Numbered from the stretch's first letter, positions 1 to 7,433 are shown. The stretch: 11,113 bases of DNA from an uncultured Clostridia bacterium (GCA_944372665.1 CALVZV010000048.1:1-11113); one strand, 5' to 3'. Notes: generated from the letters alone by a model not told the origin. Numbers and translations are program-made.

Positions 1-65
1 TTTAAGGAAAAAAAACGGACGCGCACGCACGCGAGTCGGGAGACCGGCTGTTTTGCCATTTCGCC

Positions 66-98
66 AAAAAAGCCGGCATGACGCCGGCTTTTGCTTTT
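66..98 (-). terminator. Rho-independent terminator (bidirectional hairpin) downstream of the 445-aa SPFH-like gene
   Basis: Plus strand has aaaaa-AGCCGGC-atgac-GCCGGCT-tttgctttt, a 7-bp GC-rich stem. Read on the minus strand the hairpin is followed by TTTTTTGG, immediately 3' of the stop at 123-125. Confidence 0.7.
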
Positions 99-122
99 CC
101 CGATCGATCGGGGCGTAGTTTA

Positions 123-1460
123 TTATTTGTTTTCGTTCGTCTTTCCGTCGCCGGCGCTGTCGGCGGCGCTGTCGGCGGCGCTGTCGGGTTTGCTTACGCT
201 TATCTCGGTCAGTTTGCCGCTGCGGGTAAAATAGTTCTTTTTGATGAAGAACGTGGCTATGCCGGCCGCCGCGAATATTATCGCCAGCACCAGACCTGCC
301 GGCACCGAAGCGATCATGACCAACAGGCTTATGAATACCAGCACGCCCGTAATCGCGCAAAGCGCGATGAGCCTTTTGTTCTTTCCGGGTTCGGGCAGCG
401 TCTCTATCACGACAGGCTCGGCGGTCTTGACCAGCTCTTCGGCGGGCGCCGCGTTCTCGGTGCGTTCGGACACGCTTTCCTTATCCAGCTGCAGACGTTC
501 TTCGCTGTATTTTTCCATTCTTACCAGATAGCGTTTCAGCGCCAGATCTTTTTCGGCTTCCGTCAACGTCACGGGGAAATTGGGATATTTTTCGTGTATC
601 TCGGCTTTCTTTTTGTAGTTTTCCAGCGATAATCCCGCGATATCGTTCTCCATTTCCTTTTTCATTCTTTCGATCTGTAACGCATAAAACTGCTCCGTGA
701 TCGACTCGTACATATTGTCCGCAAAAGAAATGCTCTGAATATTCACGTCGGATATCTCGGCGCCGTATTTAGAGAGTTTTAGGTTCAGCGCGTCGGCGAG
801 AGCCTCTTTCAGCTCGCCGTATTCGGCGCTCAGTTTATAAAATCCGATCTGCTTGGAATCTATGAAATCCTGAAGCACGCGCCTGTATTCGGTATTGATC
901 AGGTCGAGTAACGCTTCCAGAGCGTCGGGCAGATTTACGGACGCTACCTTGACATCCAGAAACCCGAAAAATTTGCACGCATCGTTGAATTTTACGGAAA
1001 CGCGCATATTCGTCAGCAGCGACGCGGGGATGCGCAAATCGCGGTCGAAATAGTATACTTCCTCTCCTTTATGCGAAACGTAATTCAGTGTAAGCACGAG
1101 TTTGTTGTCCATGCTCTGTTTGAGTCTGAACTTGTCGCCCTTCCATTTTTCGGATGTATCCTCGAACCGCTTTAACAGATAAATCTGCGCTATTTCGTCG
1201 AAATACTGCGGTTCACTAAGATAAATGAAATTGGAATACTTTTTGGAAACGGCGTCTAAAAGTATTTTTTTGCCGAATTTATCGAGTTTGCCTACCCCGG
1301 CAAGCAGCGACGGCTTCTCGGCGATCGCCGCTTCCAGCGCCTGTTTTTCGTAAATATCGTCGTAGTTAATTTCGCCAACGGCTTTTTTGCCGGCTATCAA
1401 AGCCAATGTAATTTGTTTTACGTTTTCTGCTTTTTTGTCGTTTTTGCTTTGGATATCCAT
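123..1460 (-). CDS. SPFH/band-7-like membrane protein (YdjI/COG4260-like), 445 aa, with a C-terminal two-helix transmembrane hairpin and a DSAA-repeat tail
   Basis: ATG at 1460 is preceded by GGGAGGAG with a 6-nt spacer. The central region has an SPFH-type signature (…KLSKYGAEISDVNIQSISFADNMYESITEQFYALQIERM…). Two hydrophobic helices lie near the C-terminus (LIALCAITGVLVFISLLVMIASV / AGLVLAIIFAAAGIATFFI). The stop is TAA at 123-125. Family assignment is from motif recall, not a search. Confidence 0.6.
   Translation of the reverse strand: MDIQSKNDKKAENVKQITLALIAGKKAVGEINYDDIYEKQALEAAIAEKPSLLAGVGKLDKFGKKILLDAVSKKYSNFIYLSEPQYFDEIAQIYLLKRFEDTSEKWKGDKFRLKQSMDNKLVLTLNYVSHKGEEVYYFDRDLRIPASLLTNMRVSVKFNDACKFFGFLDVKVASVNLPDALEALLDLINTEYRRVLQDFIDSKQIGFYKLSAEYGELKEALADALNLKLSKYGAEISDVNIQSISFADNMYESITEQFYALQIERMKKEMENDIAGLSLENYKKKAEIHEKYPNFPVTLTEAEKDLALKRYLVRMEKYSEERLQLDKESVSERTENAAPAEELVKTAEPVVIETLPEPGKNKRLIALCAITGVLVFISLLVMIASVPAGLVLAIIFAAAGIATFFIKKNYFTRSGKLTEISVSKPDSAADSAADSAGDGKTNENK
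153..188 (-). repeat. 12-bp perfect tandem repeat (3 copies; ggcgctgtcggc x2, then ggcgctgtcggg) inside the 3' end of the SPFH-like CDS; encodes DSAA-DSAA-DSAG
   Basis: Direct reading: positions 153-164 and 165-176 are identical and 177-188 differs only at the last base. A partial fourth unit lies at 146-152. Confidence 0.9.
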
Positions 1461-1475
1461 GTCTTCTCCTCCCGT

Positions 1476-1670
1476 TTAAAATAAATAAGTGCTGCACATT
1501 CTGCATAAAGCGTCGTCCGCGTCGTTAGGACATCCGCATACCGGGCATATCTTTTTCTCGGATTCAGGCTCGGTACAGGCGGATTTATTCTTTAAGCGGT
1601 CGATCTCCTCGGAAAGCAGCCTGTTTTCGAGTTTCAGGTACTGCATTGCCGTCATGTCGTTATCTTCCAT
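1476..1670 (-). CDS. Small coiled-coil + zinc-ribbon protein (64 aa), first gene of the operon with the SPFH-like protein
   Basis: ATG at 1670 is preceded by GGAGGTG with a 5-nt spacer. The six-frame-track ORF extends to a TTG at 1691, but the SD supports the 1670 ATG. The C-terminus is CPVCGCPNDADDALCRMCSTY (CxxC…CxxC zinc ribbon). The N-terminal half is heptad-like (LKLENRLLSEEIDRLKNK). The stop is 15 nt upstream of the next gene's SD/ATG. Confidence 0.65.
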   Translation of the reverse strand: MEDNDMTAMQYLKLENRLLSEEIDRLKNKSACTEPESEKKICPVCGCPNDADDALCRMCSTYLF

Positions 1671-1706
1671 CTTTTCACCTCCGTTATCCAAAAAATGACT
1701 AAATCT

Positions 1707-1735
1707 ATTTTAATCCCGCGTTCAACAGATGTCAA
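1707..1735 (-). promoter_or_regulatory. Consensus sigma-A promoter (TTGACA-17-TAAAAT) for the zinc-ribbon/SPFH operon
   Basis: Minus strand reads gttgTTGACAtctgttgaacgcgggatTAAAATagattt. The -35 is the complement of 1730-1735 and the -10 is the complement of 1707-1712. The predicted TSS is ~30 nt upstream of the ATG at 1670. Confidence 0.6.
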
Positions 1736-1783
1736 CAACGAAATGCGACATTATTTAATCAAATCCGCCGGAACGCCATAATT

Positions 1784-1814
1784 TAAAAAAACCGCCCGCT
1801 TGTCTGCGGGCGGT
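1784..1814 (-). terminator. Rho-independent terminator after the DUF3794/LysM gene (bidirectional hairpin)
   Basis: Plus strand has aaaaaaa-ACCGCCCGC-ttgtct-GCGGGCGGT-tt. On the minus strand the 9-bp GC stem is followed by TTTTTTT, 10 nt after the stop at 1825-1827. Confidence 0.8.
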
Positions 1815-1824
1815 TTAACGAGGA

Positions 1825-3288
1825 TCACTCCGCTTTGTAATAAAGAATCTTGTCGCCCGTCCTGACGGGAAGCGTCATCGCGGGATTCATGCGCTTGAGC
1901 TCTTCTTCGTCGGAATTCAACGCTTTGGCTACCTCGAAAAGCCCTTCTCCGTCGCCTACGACGTAAAGACTTATCACCAGATCGTCGTCGGCGGGCTTGT
2001 CCGCTATCTCGACGACAGAGGCGAGATACTTTAATTCCTCTTTGGTTTCGGAATATACTGTCGAAACTATTTCGCCGGTGATTTCCACGGTCCCGCCCTG
2101 CCTGAGCCGCGCCGAATACTCCTGAACGGAGGCCGACACCATGACCGACGACGGGCATACGCCTTTGGCGGCGGTTTCGCTCCTGAACGGTATTTCCGCA
2201 TAAACGCGCACGGGCTTGCCGGAATCGTCCTCGCAGATGATTTCCGCACCTATGACTCCTTCGATAACGACGGGATCGGCAGCCGATACCCCCAAAGCGC
2301 ATATCGCGGGAGCGCCGAGCGCCGCTATGCTCCTGACGTTTTTGTCCTCGGATACGGCGGCGTTGCCGAAAAACTTTATCTTCTCGCTGATGCCGCATAC
2401 GTCGCAGGTCACCTCGGCAACTCCGTATTCCGCTTGTGTCACCTTGGTGCGCGAGTACGCGTCGGTGACTATCTCGGTTTCGACCTCGTTTATCGCATAG
2501 CCCGACACGCTTACGGCGGCTTCGACTTTTAGCTCTCCGCCAGATTCCGTCGGAGTGAACACCACGCCGGCGTTCACCTTTACGGGTAACGGGAACACCT
2601 TTGAGCTTTCCGTGACGCCCGGGGTCAGCAATTCTTCCTCGAACGGAGTACGCATCACGTATCCGAACATTTTTTTGTCGGATATGTACCTGACATATGT
2701 ATACAGAACGCCCCCTATTTTGGTTATATCTGTCGCTGTAGATACCGAATCAATCTTTATCGACGACTCGGTAAACACTACTTCGTCAACGCTTTCGTGT
2801 ACGAAATCACCGCCCTCGACGATAAATTCGCCGCCTTTTACCGGCTCTGCGACACATATCGGCGCGGTTTCCTTTTTCAGACACATGTTGTCCGCCGTAA
2901 ACGCGTTTTCGAATCCGGCGCTTTCTATCGCCACGCCGGACACTTCCAGCATGATGCGGACGCGGAGCTTTAACGTACCCACGAATTCCGTGGAAACGAC
3001 CCCCGCCTCGGCTATAACGAAGCCGGATTCGTTCAGAAAGGGCGCGGACAATCTGACCGTTTCCGTCCTGACGTCCTTGACTGAGGCAAGTCCGTCCGCG
3101 CAGGCATAAATTACGGCGTAATCTATCGTAGTGACGACGTCGGCTGCGCCCTGAGAGGGCGTAACGCTATCCACGCGCGCTTTTGCCTGAACGGAAACGA
3201 CCTCCTCCGCGTCGTTCAGTTCCATGTCAGTATCGACATAGGTCTGGACGGGCTGCAGTTTTTTGACAGTATCACATTTGACGTACAT
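1825..3288 (-). CDS. DUF3794-like repeat protein with C-terminal LysM domain (SipL/SpoVID-like sporulation protein), 487 aa
   Basis: ATG at 3288 is preceded by AGGGGG with a 7-nt spacer. The C-terminus YVVGDGEGLFEVAKALNSDEEELKRMNPAMTLPVRTGDKILY fits the LysM pattern (Y.V..GD.L..IA…L…N…L..G..L). The body is acidic and beta-rich with a repetitive V/E/T composition, typical of DUF3794 proteins. Sits immediately downstream of veg. Confidence 0.6.
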   Translation of the reverse strand: MYVKCDTVKKLQPVQTYVDTDMELNDAEEVVSVQAKARVDSVTPSQGAADVVTTIDYAVIYACADGLASVKDVRTETVRLSAPFLNESGFVIAEAGVVSTEFVGTLKLRVRIMLEVSGVAIESAGFENAFTADNMCLKKETAPICVAEPVKGGEFIVEGGDFVHESVDEVVFTESSIKIDSVSTATDITKIGGVLYTYVRYISDKKMFGYVMRTPFEEELLTPGVTESSKVFPLPVKVNAGVVFTPTESGGELKVEAAVSVSGYAINEVETEIVTDAYSRTKVTQAEYGVAEVTCDVCGISEKIKFFGNAAVSEDKNVRSIAALGAPAICALGVSAADPVVIEGVIGAEIICEDDSGKPVRVYAEIPFRSETAAKGVCPSSVMVSASVQEYSARLRQGGTVEITGEIVSTVYSETKEELKYLASVVEIADKPADDDLVISLYVVGDGEGLFEVAKALNSDEEELKRMNPAMTLPVRTGDKILYYKAE

Positions 3289-3353
3289 TCGATAACCCCC
3301 TGGATTTGGTTATACCCTAACATATTCCTGCATTCCACGGGATATTCTTGAAT

Positions 3354-3641
3354 TTAAATTTTCCTTTTGAAAAACAGCACGTTTTTCGAAAGCACGTCCG
3401 CATAGCTGAAGCTCGAAAGCCCGCCGTCGGCGTGTCTTAACGTGAATACGTTGGGATAAGTGGCTTCGATCTCGCATTCCAGCCGCTCTATCCTGTTCCT
3501 TCCCCGGTTGATTTTTACGGTCAGCGGATAGCCTTTCAGCTTGTTCAGTCTGTCGATTGCAAAAGAGGTGTCGTTGATGTTTTGGTTGCTTCTCATAAGA
3601 GAAGTTTTACCCCGGAGACGATTTATAAACCTTTTCGGCAT
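3354..3641 (-). CDS. veg: Veg (DUF1021) family protein
   Basis: …IDRLNKLKGYPLTVKINRGRNRIERLECEIEATYPNVFTLRHADGGLSSFSYADVLSKNVLFF aligns to B. subtilis Veg (…[39 protein letters not shown]…SYSYADIL…). The start is ambiguous. The ATG at 3641 has no SD and abuts the ileS terminator. An internal ATG at 3596 would give an 80-aa product and is equally plausible. Confidence 0.85.
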   Translation of the reverse strand: MPKRFINRLRGKTSLMRSNQNINDTSFAIDRLNKLKGYPLTVKINRGRNRIERLECEIEATYPNVFTLRHADGGLSSFSYADVLSKNVLFFKRKI

Positions 3642-3643
3642 TA

Positions 3644-3668
3644 AAAAAGGCGCGCCGCCGCGCGCCTT
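3644..3668 (-). terminator. Candidate Rho-independent terminator for ileS (GGCGCGC-cgcc-GCGCGCC palindrome flanked by A/T runs)
   Basis: Plus strand has aaaaaa-GGCGCGC-cgcc-GCGCGCC-ttaaataaaat. On the minus strand the hairpin is followed by TTTTTTAA. Lies 23 nt after the ileS stop (3692-3694). Confidence 0.55.
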
Positions 3669-3691
3669 AAATAAAATCGATCCGTTATCCG

Positions 3692-6600
3692 CTATCTGTT
3701 CACGGGCGCCAGCTTTACGGTGACGGTACGGTCCTGGATCGAGAACGACTGTTCCGCTTCAGGCGACTTTACGTCACCCGTTTCGCTTGCCAGAATATCG
3801 GCGGCGATCTTGTCGCGGTATTTTTCTATCGCTTGCAGCGCGAACTCGTCTTCGGTTTCGAACGACGCCACAATGCGTTGTTCGACGGCGAAGCCCGCTT
3901 CCTTTCTCATGACCTGGATAAGCCTTATCAATTCTCTTATAAAGCCTTCCGCGGCGAGTTCGTCGTCCAGTTCCGTATCCAGCGCAAGCGTGATCTCGGC
4001 GTCTTTGGCGACGACGAAATGCTCTTTGGGTCTGAAGTGGCGATCGAACAGATCGGCTCCCAGTCCGCTGAAGTCGCCGATGTCCACGCTGTCTGCGGCT
4101 ACGGCTTTGTCCAACGCGGCGAAGCCCGCATTGTCCAGCGAATCGACCAGCTTTTTAAGGCGCTGCGCTTCGCCTTTAAGCCTTGCGCCGGCAACCCTGA
4201 AATTGACGGTGAAATAAACGTCGTTGTATGCCGTTTCGTCGGCGGTAAAGCTAAGCTTTTTGACGTTGAGCTCCTCCTTTATCACGTCCGCCAGCGGCAA
4301 AGCGGCTTCCTTCACGCCGTCGGGAGCGGTGACAAACAGATTTTTCAAGGGCTGTTTGACCTTGATCTGCGCTTCGTTGCGCATACGCTGCGCGGCGGCG
4401 ATTATACGGCGCGCGGTCACGGTTTCTTCAAGCACCGTCTTGTCTTCGGGAATTTCAGCCGGGACGGGATAATCCGTCAGATGCACGGATTCGGGAGCGT
4501 CCTTTTCGATCTCGCGTACTGTGTTTTGATATATATAATCGGTTATAAAGGGCGTGATGGGCGCCATAATTCCGATAACCGACTTCAGCGCGAAATACAG
4601 CGAAGCGTACGCGTTCATCTGGTCGAGTTTGTCGGTCGATTTCCAGAATCGCTTACGGTTGATACGTATATACCAGTTGGATACGTCGTCCACGAACACT
4701 TCGAATTCCTTTATCAGGGCGGGATGACGGAAAGTATCCATGGCGTTACGCGCGAACTTAATAAATTCGTTGGTGCGCTGCAGCAGCCATTTGTCGGAAT
4801 GTTTCAGCGAAGCGTAATCGAGCTTGTGAGCCGCTATATCGGGGTTGTCGATGGAGGCGTACAGATTAAAGAAAACATATATGTTCCAGAATCCCAGTAT
4901 CTTTCTTCTGGCCTCGTCCGCAAGCGAATATCCGAAACGCACGTCCGAAGCGATAGGATTGGACATAAACAGATATCTGACTGTATCCGCGCCCATCTTT
5001 TCCGCCGCGTCGTCGAAACGGATCATATATCCCGTCTTGCTGAATTTGCCGCCGTCTTCCTTTATGACGCTGGAGTGCGCGACAACCTGTTTATAAGGCG
5101 CCTTGCCGGTCAGTGCGACCGACATGAACAGCAGCGAATAGAACCACAGTCTGATCTGCTCTTTCATCTCGATGACCAGGTCGGAGGGGAAATTGTTTTC
5201 GAAATACTCCTTGTCCTCGAAATATTTTTTGGTCGAGAACGGCGTAATGCCCGCGTCCAGCCAGCAGTCGCCCACTTCGGGGATCCTTTCGACCGGCTCT
5301 CCGCACTCTTCGCAGTGGATCCTGATCTTGTCTATATATGGTTTATGCAGATGCGGCACGCCGTCTATGTTGCCGTGCTCGCTGCGCATGATAAGCTCTT
5401 CCTTGCTGCCGATGACCGTAACGTGTCCGCACTTTTTGCAGACATAGAACGGCAGCGGCAAACCGTAGAAACGCTTGCGGCTTATATTCCAGTCGCCCAT
5501 ATTGTTCAGCCAGTCCAGCATCCTCTTTCCCGCATATTCGGGTTCCCATTTCACGGTTTTGGCTGCCTCAATCATCATCGGACGGATTTCGGAAGTGTCG
5601 ATGTTCCACTCGTCCACCAGTTTGAACACCACGGGAGTCTTGCACCTCCAGCACTTGGGATAGCTGTGGGTGTACATTTCGGTTTTGTACAGTTTGTTCT
5701 GCTTTTCGAGTTCGTTCACTACGTCGTCCACGAGGTCGGTGGTTTTCATGCCGCTGAAGCGGCCGAATCCCTCCGTGATTACGCCTTCGTCGTCTATGGG
5801 GCAGATAGCCGGAATACCGTTTTTCCTGCCCAGTTCGAAGTCCTCGGCGCCGCAGCCGGGAGCGATATGCACCACACCCGTGCCTTCCGTAGCGTCGACG
5901 TCCTCCCACGCGTAAATTTTATGAGTAAAGTTCTGAACTCCGAATCCGGGGAAGCAGGTCTCGTATTCCCTGCCCACCAGCTCGGCGCCCTTGAAAGGTT
6001 CTCCGACTTCGACGATGTCGCCCTTTAATTTTCCCAGGGCGTTCTTGCCGACGATGAGCGGCGAAGTATCGGACTTGACTTTCACGCGTACGTATTCGAT
6101 TTCGGGGTTTACCGCAAGCGCCGCGTTCGCGGTCAGAGTCCACGGGGTGGTCGTCCATAAAATTATCTTGTCTTCAGTTCCCTTCACGGGAAGCTTGGCA
6201 AATATCGACAGATGCTCCATTTCCGCATAGGAGCCGCTCATTTCGTGATCGGAAAGGCTGGTTCCGCAGCGCGGGCACCAGGGCATCGGACGATGCGATT
6301 TCTTTATCCAGCCGCGCTCGGCGCATACCTTCAGAAAATGCCATATCGACGTGATGTTCAGATCCGTGTTCGTGAAATAGCTGTGTTCCCAGTCCATCCA
6401 TTGTCCAAGACGCTTGGACTGTTCCGTGATGACGCCGGCGAATTTTTTTACGCGGTCCATGCACTTTTCGGTGAACCTGTCGACTCCGTAATTGACTATG
6501 TCGGATTTGACCTTGAATCCGAGGTCCTTTTCGGTTTCCACCTCCACCCACAGTCCCTGCGAGTCAAATCCGTTCTGGTACTGACAGGACTTGCCGAGCA

Positions 6601-6817
6601 TGGCGTTGTAGCGGATATACATATCCTTCATCGTCCTGCCCCAGGCGTGGTGTATGCCCATCGGATTGTTGGCGGTTATCGGTCCGTCCAAAAAGCGGAA
6701 GCGTTCGCCGTTCTCGTTCTTTTTGACGAGTTTTACAAAACAAGCGTTCTTTTCCCAGAACGCAAGCATCTGTTTTTCGATTTCGACAAAATCTGTTTTA
6801 GCGTTTTCCTTTCTCAT
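3692..6817 (-). CDS. ileS: Isoleucine--tRNA ligase, type 2 (eukaryote-like, no C-terminal zinc finger), ~1041 aa
   Basis: CP1 editing-domain signature WTTTPWTLTAN is specific to IleRS (LeuRS and ValRS have TTRP[DE]T). The IleRS-specific motif DWNISRKRFYGLPLP matches the DWCISRQRYWGVPIP-type consensus. The anticodon-binding WYIRINRKRFW motif is present. KFSKT stands in the KMSKS position and PMGIHHAWGRTMKD in the HIGH position. The start is set at ATG 6817 (MRKENAKTDFVEIEKQMLAFWEK…), the usual IleRS N-terminus. The six-frame-track ORF extends to 7165 but overlaps the divergent lipoprotein gene and has no start there. Confidence 0.9.
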   Translation of the reverse strand: MRKENAKTDFVEIEKQMLAFWEKNACFVKLVKKNENGERFRFLDGPITANNPMGIHHAWGRTMKDMYIRYNAMLGKSCQYQNGFDSQGLWVEVETEKDLGFKVKSDIVNYGVDRFTEKCMDRVKKFAGVITEQSKRLGQWMDWEHSYFTNTDLNITSIWHFLKVCAERGWIKKSHRPMPWCPRCGTSLSDHEMSGSYAEMEHLSIFAKLPVKGTEDKIILWTTTPWTLTANAALAVNPEIEYVRVKVKSDTSPLIVGKNALGKLKGDIVEVGEPFKGAELVGREYETCFPGFGVQNFTHKIYAWEDVDATEGTGVVHIAPGCGAEDFELGRKNGIPAICPIDDEGVITEGFGRFSGMKTTDLVDDVVNELEKQNKLYKTEMYTHSYPKCWRCKTPVVFKLVDEWNIDTSEIRPMMIEAAKTVKWEPEYAGKRMLDWLNNMGDWNISRKRFYGLPLPFYVCKKCGHVTVIGSKEELIMRSEHGNIDGVPHLHKPYIDKIRIHCEECGEPVERIPEVGDCWLDAGITPFSTKKYFEDKEYFENNFPSDLVIEMKEQIRLWFYSLLFMSVALTGKAPYKQVVAHSSVIKEDGGKFSKTGYMIRFDDAAEKMGADTVRYLFMSNPIASDVRFGYSLADEARRKILGFWNIYVFFNLYASIDNPDIAAHKLDYASLKHSDKWLLQRTNEFIKFARNAMDTFRHPALIKEFEVFVDDVSNWYIRINRKRFWKSTDKLDQMNAYASLYFALKSVIGIMAPITPFITDYIYQNTVREIEKDAPESVHLTDYPVPAEIPEDKTVLEETVTARRIIAAAQRMRNEAQIKVKQPLKNLFVTAPDGVKEAALPLADVIKEELNVKKLSFTADETAYNDVYFTVNFRVAGARLKGEAQRLKKLVDSLDNAGFAALDKAVAADSVDIGDFSGLGADLFDRHFRPKEHFVVAKDAEITLALDTELDDELAAEGFIRELIRLIQVMRKEAGFAVEQRIVASFETEDEFALQAIEKYRDKIAADILASETGDVKSPEAEQSFSIQDRTVTVKLAPVNR

Positions 6818-6911
6818 GCCGCCTATTTTAGCACATATAAAACGTAAAGTAAAATAATTTATATAATTTGCACGTTTTAAAGGGGCACGCCGCGCTCCGG
6901 AGTCAGATGCG

Positions 6912-6940
6912 TTGACAAAAAGCGCCGGAACGGATAAAAT
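6912..6940 (+). promoter_or_regulatory. Consensus sigma-A promoter TTGACA-17-TAAAAT directly abutting the lipoprotein ATG (leaderless geometry)
   Basis: ttgaca at 6912-6917, an exact 17-nt spacer, taaaat at 6935-6940, then atcagat ATG (6948). The -10 to ATG distance is 7 nt. Confidence 0.6.
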
Positions 6941-6947
6941 ATCAGAT

Positions 6948-7433
6948 ATGAAAAAATTTCTCGGCTTGGTTCTGATATGCGTGCTGTGCGTTTCCACGGC
7001 GTACCTCGCGCTTGCGTGCAAACGCTCCGAACCTTCCGACGGCGATATCGCCGAAACGGTCTGCGAACACGATTTCGTCGCCGCGGAAAGCGAGCTGAAC
7101 CGCCCCGCCACGCATACGTCCGAAGGCAGACAATACGTCGTTTGTTCTAAGTGCGGTTTTTCCAAACTCGAAATAATCCCGAAACTCGGCTATGAGTCCG
7201 GAGACAAAGCTCCCGAGTTCAATCCGCTTCTGGACGCTTACGAAGGCGTGCCCGCCCGGACGACCTTTAAACAATTCACGGAAAAATACCTTCCTTCGGG
7301 CTGGGCGTTTAAAAACGAAGACGCCGGCGCCGCGATCGCCGACGGCGAATACCTGCTCGTCTTTACCCCGACGACGGAAGGATATACGCCTTTCGAATCT
7401 ACGGTCACGATAAAAACAAGGAGTCCGGAATGA
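6948..7433 (+). CDS. Putative lipoprotein (signal peptide MKKFLGLVLICVLCVSTAYLALA|C), 161 aa
   Basis: N-terminal K-rich n-region, hydrophobic core, and a Cys after …LALA (lipobox-like). The stop TGA overlaps the next ATG in an ATGA arrangement. The upstream TTG at 6912 used by the ORF track is the promoter -35 itself, so the ATG at 6948 is preferred. Confidence 0.65.
   Translation: MKKFLGLVLICVLCVSTAYLALACKRSEPSDGDIAETVCEHDFVAAESELNRPATHTSEGRQYVVCSKCGFSKLEIIPKLGYESGDKAPEFNPLLDAYEGVPARTTFKQFTEKYLPSGWAFKNEDAGAAIADGEYLLVFTPTTEGYTPFESTVTIKTRSPE

Noticed and set aside
78-632. 184-aa plus-strand ORF and the 241-531 ORF opposite the SPFH-like gene
   Set aside because: Antisense to a gene with an excellent SD and domain signature. 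The translation is a mirror of the DSAA repeat (AVGGAVGGAVG) and otherwise featureless.
1751-2398. 215-aa Arg-rich minus-strand ORF and the plus-strand ORFs 2216-2500 and 2555-3109 overlapping the DUF3794/LysM gene
   Set aside because: Alternative frames of the 1825-3288 CDS. Extremely R/S-rich and no start context. The true gene has a strong SD and a LysM-like C-terminus.
3833-6028. 731-aa plus-strand ORF (and several smaller ones, 3720-4217, 4224-4472, 6212-6847) inside the ileS region
   Set aside because: They lie antisense to a confidently identified IleRS with strong family motifs. The translations are low-complexity (R/G/V/F-rich) with no recognisable domain and no SD. This is a typical open antisense frame of a GC-biased gene.
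6818-7165. N-terminal 116-aa extension of the ileS ORF in the six-frame track (to 7165)
   Set aside because: The extension has no start codon with an SD, overlaps the divergent lipoprotein gene and its promoter, and precedes the canonical IleRS N-terminal sequence (MRKEN…FWEK…). It is an open frame by chance or antisense bias.
6818-7170. Expected T-box riboswitch leader upstream of ileS
   Set aside because: I scanned the minus strand for the conserved T-box sequence (AGGGTGGNACCGCG, i.e. CGCGGTNCCACCCT on the plus strand) and an antiterminator/terminator pair and found none. The region encodes a lipoprotein on the opposite strand instead.
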